Notes under the pieces: model-generated
The model's input: the letters and a program-made list of their open reading frames with translations, nothing else
Told to the model about the DNA's origin: nothing
The model's database searches: none
In this document: positions 57,735 to 64,000 of the stretch, piece after piece
Layout of the letters: each line of letters starts with the position of its first letter
How positions within the stretch are numbered: position 1 is the stretch's first letter
DNA from: Gemmatimonadota bacterium
GTDB taxonomy: Bacteria; Gemmatimonadota; Gemmatimonadetes; Longimicrobiales; RSA9
Assembly (NCBI GenBank): GCA_039715185.1
Contig: JBDLIA010000002.1
Coordinates: 3,361-67,360, forward strand
Direction: 5' to 3'
DNA length: 64,000 nucleotides
Position numbers and translations under genes: made by a program

Positions 57735-57837
57735 TCTTGCCCGGAACTTCGGGGGGGGGTGTATTATTCGGGCGAAGCGTCCACCGGCGGCCCCGCCACC
57801 GACGGTACGGACACCAGGCGAGGGTTGGAGGCGACCG

Positions 57838-58458
57838 ATGATGGACACCACGACCGGAGATGGCTCCACCGGCGACGCCGGGGCGCTGCCCGCCCCCGTT
57901 GCCGACTGGGTCGTCGAATCGGACCGGCAGCGCGAGGAGTTGCGCGCGCTGATCGACGCGTACTCGACCGAGGAGTTGATGTGGCGTCGGGGCCCCGGCA
58001 AGTGGGCGATCGCTGACCACGTCTCCCACCTCGTCCTCACCAACTCGGCGTACATCCCGGCGATCGCGGAGGCGGCCCGGCGAGCCAAGGACGCCGAACT
58101 GCTGGGGACGCCGCCCTATCGAAGCTCCTTCGTAGGGTCGCGATTCCTGCGTATGCTGGAGCCACCGGTCGTGCGCCGATTCAAGACCATGAAGCGGCTC
58201 GAGCCCTCTACCGATGACACGCCGCCCGCGGCTCGCGTCGAAGCCTTCGAGGCCGGTATGGAGCACCTGGAGCGAGTGTTGCGCGGTGCCGCCGACGTGG
58301 ACCTGGGCCGCGCCAAGATGCGCTCCCCGCTGATGTGGCTAATGAAGCTCACGCTGGCGGAGGCCGTGCAGGTCGTCCTGGCTCACAATCGGCGACACCT
58401 CTGGCTCGCCGACGAGGTGATCAGATCGCCGGGGTTCCCCGCGGCAGGAGCGGCGTAA
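57838..58458 (+). CDS. DinB_2-like family protein
   Basis: ATG 57838 sits within ORF 57652..58458. ..KWAIADHVSHLVLTN.. and ..VLAHNRRHLWLADE.. fit the family. Confidence 0.7.
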   Translation: MMDTTTGDGSTGDAGALPAPVADWVVESDRQREELRALIDAYSTEELMWRRGPGKWAIADHVSHLVLTNSAYIPAIAEAARRAKDAELLGTPPYRSSFVGSRFLRMLEPPVVRRFKTMKRLEPSTDDTPPAARVEAFEAGMEHLERVLRGAADVDLGRAKMRSPLMWLMKLTLAEAVQVVLAHNRRHLWLADEVIRSPGFPAAGAA

Positions 58459-58463
58459 CGGCA

Positions 58464-59450
58464 ATGTCTCCGGGGCGGTGGGGTGGTGTCGGGTTGGTCT
58501 TGGCTCTGGTCGCGGGAGCCGGCTGCGAGGACCTGCTTCAGGCCGGACGCTCCGCGTTCGGCACGGCGGCGCCGGATTCGACGCCGCAGGGCTCGACGCC
58601 GCGCTCGCCACCGCCCGGCCAGGAGCAGCCGGCGCCCGGGGGCGTCGCGAGGCAGTCGCCGCTGCTCGAGGCGCGGCCCGATCTGCTGGGTCGGCCGGCG
58701 TGGGAGGGAGAGCGGTCCGGCGTGGCCGACAACCTCCGGGCGATCTTCGAAGACGAGGGCGCCGAAGGGGTCATCGTGGTGCACGATCTGAGGAGCGGAG
58801 CCACGCTTCGCTCGGACTCGGTGCGCGCCGGACGGCGGGCGATCCCGGCGTCCACCTTCAAGATCCTCAACGCGCTGATCGCGCTCGAGACGGGGGTGAT
58901 CTCGGGGAGCGCGGACACCATCCCCTGGGACGGCGTCGACAGGGGGGCCCCTGCCTGGAATCGCGACCACGACCTGGCGTCGGCGTTTCGCGCCTCGGCC
59001 GTGTGGTACTACCAGGAACTGGCGCGGCGGGTCGGCCTGGAGCGGATGGAGGCGTGGCTCAGGCGAATCGGGTACGGAAACTCCGACGTCGGCGGCGTGG
59101 TCGACGGGTTCTGGCTCGACGGGCCGCTCGCGGTCTCACCGGACGAGCAGATCGGCTTCCTGCGTCGCCTGCAGTCGGGTCAGCTCCCGTTTTCGACGCG
59201 GTCGATGGAGGTAGTGCGCGAGATCATGGTGCTGGAGCGCGGCGCCGACTGGACGCTGCGCGGCAAGACGGGCTGGAGTCGTCAGGGGCTGACCGAGGGC
59301 CTGTGGTTCGTCGGGTGGGTGGAGCGCGGCGATGACGCGGCGTTCTTCGCGATCGAGTTCGAGATCAGCAGCCCGAACCGGGACGTGGGCATGATGCGTG
59401 AGCGTATCTACCGGCGCACGCTGTCCGAGCTCGGACTCATCCCGTCTTGA
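58464..59450 (+). CDS. class D (OXA-like) beta-lactamase / penicillin-binding-fold lipoprotein
   Basis: ATG 58464, with the lipobox LVAGAGC. All class D signature motifs are present: STFK (PASTFKILNAL), SAV (SxV), YGN, WxxG (FWLDGPL) and KTG (GKTGWS). Confidence 0.8.
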   Translation: MSPGRWGGVGLVLALVAGAGCEDLLQAGRSAFGTAAPDSTPQGSTPRSPPPGQEQPAPGGVARQSPLLEARPDLLGRPAWEGERSGVADNLRAIFEDEGAEGVIVVHDLRSGATLRSDSVRAGRRAIPASTFKILNALIALETGVISGSADTIPWDGVDRGAPAWNRDHDLASAFRASAVWYYQELARRVGLERMEAWLRRIGYGNSDVGGVVDGFWLDGPLAVSPDEQIGFLRRLQSGQLPFSTRSMEVVREIMVLERGADWTLRGKTGWSRQGLTEGLWFVGWVERGDDAAFFAIEFEISSPNRDVGMMRERIYRRTLSELGLIPS

Positions 59451-60433
59451 CGCTGGGTGGGGTGGGGCCCGTCGTCGTGGTCGGCGCGGGCGTGGTGGGC
59501 CTGACCTCCGCCATCCGCCTCCGGCAGCACGGCATCGGCGTGCGCATCGTGGCCCGTGAGGTGCCGCCGCGCACGACGTCGGACGTGGCCGCCGCGATCT
59601 GGTATCCCTACCTGGCCTACCCGCCCGAGCGGGTGCTGCCGTGGAGCGAGGCCACACGCAGGACGCTCGACGCCATCGAGGATCCGGCCGCCGGTGTTTC
59701 CACCGTCAGGCTGCTGGAGCTGTTCGACGGCCCCGCCCCCGAGCCGTGGTGGCGCGAGGCGCTCCCCGACTTCGGCTGGGCCGACGGGGCGGAGCTTCCG
59801 GAAGGCTACGAGGCGGCGTACGACGTTCGCGTCCCGCTCGTTGACACCTCCGTCCACATGCGGTGGTTGATGGGCCGCGCCGCCGCGCTCGGCGTCGCCG
59901 TCAGCCGCGCCGCGGTCGCCGACCTGGACGACCTCTTCGGCGCAGCGGCGCTGGTGGTGAACTGCGCCGGCGTGGACGCCGGACCCCTCGCCGGCGACGC
60001 GTCCGTGACGCCCATCCGCGGACAGGTCGTCCGGCTCGCACCCGTCAACGGAGTCAGGACGGCGCTCGTGGACGAAGCGGGACCGCTGGGCCTCACCTAC
60101 ATCATCCCCAGGCCGCGCGACATCGTGGTGGGGGGCACCGCCGATGCCGGCGCGTGGAACGCGGAGCCGGATCCGGCCGTCGCGAGCGCCATCCTGGCGC
60201 GGGCATGTGTTCTGGAGCCGCGTCTGGCCGGCGCGCGCGTGCTGGGGCACGCCGTGGGGCTGCGCCCCGGGCGGCCCACCGTACGGCTCGAGTTGGAGCG
60301 CCGGCTGAGCGGACCGGTCATCCACAACTACGGCCACGGAGGCTCGGGGTTCACCCTCGCGTGGGGCTGCGCAGACGACGTGACCGCGCTGGCGGCCGAC
60401 GTCCTGGGCGCGCCGGCGGAGCCTGCCGATTGA
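59447..60433 (+). CDS. FAD-dependent D-amino-acid oxidase
   Basis: The TTG start overlaps the upstream stop (TTGA). VVVVGAGVVGLTSAIRL is the FAD-binding fold. AAAIWYPY and the C-terminal HNYGHGGSGFTLAWGCA are DAO-typical. Confidence 0.85.
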   Translation: MTLGGVGPVVVVGAGVVGLTSAIRLRQHGIGVRIVAREVPPRTTSDVAAAIWYPYLAYPPERVLPWSEATRRTLDAIEDPAAGVSTVRLLELFDGPAPEPWWREALPDFGWADGAELPEGYEAAYDVRVPLVDTSVHMRWLMGRAAALGVAVSRAAVADLDDLFGAAALVVNCAGVDAGPLAGDASVTPIRGQVVRLAPVNGVRTALVDEAGPLGLTYIIPRPRDIVVGGTADAGAWNAEPDPAVASAILARACVLEPRLAGARVLGHAVGLRPGRPTVRLELERRLSGPVIHNYGHGGSGFTLAWGCADDVTALAADVLGAPAEPAD

Positions 60434-60583
60434 GCCCCGGCCGCAGGGTCGGCGGCGACGTCGCACCCCTGTTTGCCGCGCACCTTCGTTGCGCCACTTG
60501 CGACCCCCGGGGCACAGTGTATGCTAGTCGGCCCGCCAGTTAGAAAACCCGGACGACGCCGTCACTCCCGGCCAGGAGATGCC

Positions 60584-60919
60584 ATGCCGACGCCTCAGCG
60601 ACACCCGCTATCCGTCTTCGAAGCCAAGCGGGAGGCGCTGGTCGATCTGCAGAGGATCCCTGGAGTCGGCCCTGCCATCGCGAACGACCTCTGGGAGCTG
60701 GGAGTCGAGCGCGTCGGCGACCTGCGGGGGAAAGACCCCGAAGCGCTTTACGATGCGCACTGCGCGCAGCGCGGCGTGCCGGTGGACAACTGCATGCGCT
60801 ACGTATTCAGGTGCGCCGTGTACTTCGCCACCGAGAAGGAGCCCGATCCGGAGTTCTTGCGGTGGTGGCGCTGGAAGAGCCTGGACGCCGATGCGCGACC
60901 GGCGAATCTGAGCGCCTGA
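60584..60919 (+). CDS. helix-hairpin-helix domain protein (Cdd1 / pathogenicity-locus-like)
   Basis: ATG 60584 follows GGAGA. LQRIPGVGPAIANDLWELGV is the helix-hairpin-helix (HhH) motif. Confidence 0.6.
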   Translation: MPTPQRHPLSVFEAKREALVDLQRIPGVGPAIANDLWELGVERVGDLRGKDPEALYDAHCAQRGVPVDNCMRYVFRCAVYFATEKEPDPEFLRWWRWKSLDADARPANLSA

Positions 60920-60925
60920 GCGGTC

Positions 60926-60991
60926 CTAGTGTACCGTTGCAGAAGTCCCGTAGGCATTCGGCCCGCGCTGCATCCCGCGGCGGCACACTAG
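60926..60991. repeat. miniature inverted-repeat element, family A, short copy
   Basis: The element is bounded by CTAG on both sides. The TIRs are CTAGTGTACCG and the reverse complement of CGGCACACTAG (10 of 11). Positions 60927-60979 match the reverse complement of 14522-14574 at 44 of 53 positions by my own alignment. Confidence 0.7.
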
Positions 60992-60994
60992 CGC

Positions 60995-61330
60995 ATGGAG
61001 CAGCCGCTGTCCCGCATCACCGAGGAAGCCGACCTGGAAGCGGCTCTCGCGCTACCGCTCGCCATCCTTTACAAGCACAGCCCCGCCTGCGGCCTGTCCA
61101 TGCTCGCGGCCCGCCAGGTGCAGCGGTTCTCCGGCGAGCGCCCCGAAATCCCCACGTTCGCGGTCGACGTGATCGGGTCCCGCGCGGTGTCCGACCTGAT
61201 CGAACGGCAGCTCAGCGTGCGCCACGAATCCCCCCAGGTGATCGTGGTCCGCCACGGCGTCGCGCGCTGGTCGGCGTCGCACCTCGGCATCCGCGTCAGG
61301 CAACTGCGCGCCGCGGTGGAGGACGGCTAG
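60995..61330 (+). CDS. ytxJ: YtxJ-like thioredoxin-fold protein (bacillithiol-system monothiol redoxin family, DUF2847)
   Basis: ..LAILYKHSPACGLSMLA.. corresponds to the family KHSxxCxxS motif. The length is 111 aa. Confidence 0.7.
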   Translation: MEQPLSRITEEADLEAALALPLAILYKHSPACGLSMLAARQVQRFSGERPEIPTFAVDVIGSRAVSDLIERQLSVRHESPQVIVVRHGVARWSASHLGIRVRQLRAAVEDG

Positions 61331-61609
61331 CAGGTCGCTGAAAAAGGGGAGTGCGGCCGCGAGCAGGGGGCTTGCGGGCGTCCAGGGCAGGAACGACGAG
61401 GAGGCATAGCCTAAGCTATGGCGACGAGGAGAGACGAACGCTGGATCCCGCAACCCCCCTGCTCCCTTCGGGTTGGGGCGGCACGGGGTCGTCTGACGTC
61501 GTTAGCGCTCCTCCCCGATACGCAGCGGTATCGCCTCGTCGCGCTGCCTTGCATCCGACCCCGTGGCGCTCCCAACGCGGCTCGCTACCCTTTTTCAGCG
61601 ACCTGCTAG
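61327..61609. mobile_element. 283-bp MITE-like element (family B) with perfect 22-bp terminal inverted repeats and CTAG/TA ends
   Basis: CTAGCAGGTCGCTGAAAAAGGG (61327-48) equals the reverse complement of 61588-61609. The interior has long-range complementarity (61361-77 with 61448-64) and local hairpins (CATAGC..GCTATG, GATAC..GTATC). It contains no plausible CDS. Confidence 0.7.
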
Positions 61610-61611
61610 GC

Positions 61612-63132
61612 GTGAGCGGGGGCGCCGCGCGGCTGCTCTTCCCGGCCATCCGCTGGGTCGACGGCGCGGGCTTCGCGCCGGCCGAAGACGGCATCGCCGC
61701 CGGCCTCCGCATGGGGGCCGGCGGTTTCATCATCTTCGGGGGAGAGGCCGGCGCGGTGCGCGCCCTGACGACCCGCCTGCGCGGCGAGTCGGCGCATCCG
61801 ATCCTGATCGGCGCCGACCTGGAGCGAGGCGCCGGGCAGCAGTTCGACGGCGCCACCCGCCTGCCGCCGCTCGCCGCCGTGGGGCACGTCGATGACCTGG
61901 AGGCGACCAGGCGGTGCGGAGCGCTCACGGCCCGCGAGGCGCTCGCGCTCGGCGTCGACTGGGTCTACGGGCCGGTGGCCGACCTGGACGTCGAGCCGCG
62001 CAACCCGATCATCGGCACGCGCTCTTTCGGGGCCCGGCCGGGGCGCGCCGCGCGCCACGTGCGGGCCTGGGTCGAGGGGTGCCAGGACGAGGGCGCGCTG
62101 GCGTGCGTGAAGCACTTCCCCGGCCACGGCCGCACGGTCACGGACAGCCACGCCGAGTTGCCGGAGGTGACCGCCGCCGGCGACGTCGTGCGCGCGGACA
62201 TGGAGACGTTCGCCGCCGGGATCAGCGCCGGCGTGGCTTCCGTGATGACCGCCCACGTGTCGTTCCCGGCGCTGGACCCGAGCGGGCGCCCCGCGACCCT
62301 GTCGCCCGTGATCCTGGGCGAGGTGCTGCGCGGCGAGCTGGGCTTCGGGGGTCTGATCGTCACCGACGCCATGATGATGCAGGGCGTGGTGGACGCCGCG
62401 GCGCGCGAAGGAGGCGGCTCGGCCGCGGCGGCCGACCCGGGCGCGCTCGCGGCGGTGCGCGCCATCGCCGCCGGGTGCGACGCCAGCCTGTATCCGGAGG
62501 ATCCGGCCGCGGTCCTGGAGGCGCTGGGGGTCGCCCTCGGCGATGGGTCGCTGGACGCCGGGCGGGTGCACGAGTCGGTGGCCCGGATCGACGCCGCGGC
62601 CGGAGCGGCGTCCGCCGCGCGCGAGAGGGTCCAGCGCAGCGGTCAGGGCTGGGGTGTGCGCAGCGACGCGGAATGGGCGCTGGACCTGGCGCGCCGCTCG
62701 CTCGTTCCTCTGGCCGGCTCGGCGACGCTGCGCGGCGAGGCGGTGAGCGTGATCGACGTGGACGACGACCTGGGGGGACCCTATCCGCCTCCGGCGCGCG
62801 CAGCGTTGCCGGATCGTCTGCGCGCCGCCGGACCGCAGGTGGACCACCGGTCCGCGCCGTCGGAGGGCGGAGCCGAGACCGAGCACGACGGCGATCGGGT
62901 GATCGCGGTGTACGCGGACATTCGCGCGTGGAAGGGTCGCCCGGGGCTCTCCGACGACGCCGTGGCGGCGGTGCGCGCCGAGCTGAGCTGGACCCCGGAC
63001 GCGCTCGTGGTTCTGTTCGGCCATCCGCGACTGGCGGGCGCTTTGGACGCGGGCCGCATGTTGGCGGCCTGGGGCGGGGAGTCCATCATGCAGCAAGCCG
63101 TGGCCGCCGAGATGGCCGGCCCCTCCGCGTAG
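61612..63132 (+). CDS. nagZ: glycoside hydrolase family 3 beta-N-acetylhexosaminidase (NagZ-like)
   Basis: This lies in ORF 61351..63132, trimmed to GTG 61612 because the upstream 261 nt are the repeat element. Supporting blocks are ..ILIGADLERGAGQQF.., ..GVDWVYGPVADL.., ..KHFPGHG.. and ..LIVTDAMMMQG... Confidence 0.85.
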   Translation: MSGGAARLLFPAIRWVDGAGFAPAEDGIAAGLRMGAGGFIIFGGEAGAVRALTTRLRGESAHPILIGADLERGAGQQFDGATRLPPLAAVGHVDDLEATRRCGALTAREALALGVDWVYGPVADLDVEPRNPIIGTRSFGARPGRAARHVRAWVEGCQDEGALACVKHFPGHGRTVTDSHAELPEVTAAGDVVRADMETFAAGISAGVASVMTAHVSFPALDPSGRPATLSPVILGEVLRGELGFGGLIVTDAMMMQGVVDAAAREGGGSAAAADPGALAAVRAIAAGCDASLYPEDPAAVLEALGVALGDGSLDAGRVHESVARIDAAAGAASAARERVQRSGQGWGVRSDAEWALDLARRSLVPLAGSATLRGEAVSVIDVDDDLGGPYPPPARAALPDRLRAAGPQVDHRSAPSEGGAETEHDGDRVIAVYADIRAWKGRPGLSDDAVAAVRAELSWTPDALVVLFGHPRLAGALDAGRMLAAWGGESIMQQAVAAEMAGPSA

Positions 63133-63147
63133 CTTGACGAAGAATCG

Positions 63148-64000
63148 ATGACCACCATCGACTGGATCATCGTCGCCGTCTACATGGCGCTGACCCTCGC
63201 GCTCGGCGTCTGGCTCGCGCGGCGCGCGTCGGGCAGCATGGAGGACTTCTTCGTCGGCGGGCGGGCGCTGCCCTGGTGGCTCGCGGGCACGTCGATGGCC
63301 GCCACGACGTTTTCCATCGACACCCCCCTCTACATCTCGGGCGTGGTCGGCAACCGTGGCATCGCGGGCAACTGGGAGTGGTGGAACTTCGCCATCGCCC
63401 ACGTCATCCTGATCTACATCTTCGCCAAGATGTGGCGCCGCGCCGAGATCGTCACCGACAACGAGCTCACGGAAATCCGCTACTCCGGACGTCCCGCGGC
63501 GGCGCTGCGGGCCACCAAGGGCTTCCTGTTCGCGGTGGTCGTCGGGTCCATCGGCATCGGCTACGCCATGCTGGCGATGGTGAAGGTGATCGACGCGCTC
63601 GAGATCTTCCCCAGCCTGGGGCTCGCGCCCGGCGAGCACGCCAAGCTGTGGGCGGTGGTCGCTGTGAGCGTGCTCGTGCTCGCGTACGCCGGGGTGGCGG
63701 GGCTCTGGGGCGTGGTCGCGACCGACTTCTTCCAGTTCTTCCTGGGCATGCTCGGCGCGATCCTGGTGGCGGTCTTCGCGGTGAACCACGTCGGCGGGCT
63801 GGACGACATGGTCCGGCTCGCCCAGCAGAACACCGACTTCGACGTGCTGGCGTTCACCCCGCTCGACTTCGGCGCCGGGGGCTTCCTGGGCGTGGGTTGG
63901 TCGAGCGTCGCGCAGATCAGCGCGTGGACGTTCGTCGCCTACATGGTGCTGCAGTGGTGGGCCTTCCGCCGCTCGGACGGCGGCGGCGAGTTCATCCAGC
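63148..64000 (+). CDS. sodium:solute symporter family transporter (3' end beyond the window)
   Basis: My own translation from ATG 63148 gives MTTIDWIIVAVYMALTLALGVWLARRASGSMEDFFVGGRALPWWLAGTSMAATTFS.., a typical sodium:solute symporter (SSS) N-terminus. It is open at the window edge and so is absent from the track. Confidence 0.8.
   Translation, partial: MTTIDWIIVAVYMALTLALGVWLARRASGSMEDFFVGGRALPWWLAGTSMAATTFSIDTPLYISGVVGNRGIAGNWEWWNFAIAHVILIYIFAKMWRRAEIVTDNELTEIRYSGRPAAALRATKGFLFAVVVGSIGIGYAMLAMVKVIDALEIFPSLGLAPGEHAKLWAVVAVSVLVLAYAGVAGLWGVVATDFFQFFLGMLGAILVAVFAVNHVGGLDDMVRLAQQNTDFDVLAFTPLDFGAGGFLGVGWSSVAQISAWTFVAYMVLQWWAFRRSDGGGEFIQ

Noticed and set aside
61351-61611. The N-terminal 87 codons of track ORF 61351..63132, which would extend NagZ.
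   Set aside because: This stretch is entirely within the inverted-repeat element. It has non-protein-like composition, and GH3 homology begins only after GTG 61612.

Overview
This is a densely packed, high-GC bacterial chromosomal segment (about two-thirds G+C by eye, not computed). I call about 55 protein-coding genes and find no rRNA, tRNA, CRISPR array, integrase or intact transposase. Housekeeping and repair genes dominate: ruvC, yebC, imuA-imuB, dnaE2, mutS, tag, sucA, ddl, glpD, a cystathionine beta-synthase-like gene and an EF-G2-type factor. They are mixed with many secreted or lipoprotein genes. The gene content fits a Gemmatimonadota or FCB-like organism, but that is only an inference. 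Many adjacent genes overlap by 4 nt (TTGA, GTGA or ATGA), and I used this to choose non-ATG starts.

The most interesting items are:
1. At 29.5-29.7 kb there is an inverted pair of MerR-type promoters. One drives the merR gene, which is translationally coupled to a HEPN-like ORF. The other drives only a Shine-Dalgarno (SD)-preceded 20-codon Cys-rich micro-ORF (MSQFTKRADDPCCPGSPCDC) followed by a hairpin. This is a candidate undescribed metal-responsive micropeptide module.
2. A roughly 19-nt direct-repeat motif (TTTCGGGTTNTNTTCGG) is shared by the imuA and dnaE2 upstream regions, and related copies sit upstream of yebC-ruvC. It is a candidate SOS-type operator. The imuAB/dnaE2 mutagenesis cassette is split by 3.75 kb of unrelated genes.
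3. Two families of CTAG/TA-bounded miniature inverted-repeat elements occur in intergenic gaps (14.4 kb, 60.9 kb, 61.3-61.6 kb). Some of them supply stop codons to the flanking genes.
4. Just 3' of dnaE2 there is an AT-richer islet carrying a glycosyltransferase next to a decayed subtilase fragment.
5. Three operons are unusual: EF-G2/CAT-like/secreted protein, metallophosphoesterase/GMC oxidoreductase, and DinB-like/class D beta-lactamase-like/D-amino-acid oxidase.

All functional calls come from motif recognition by eye. No database search was run.
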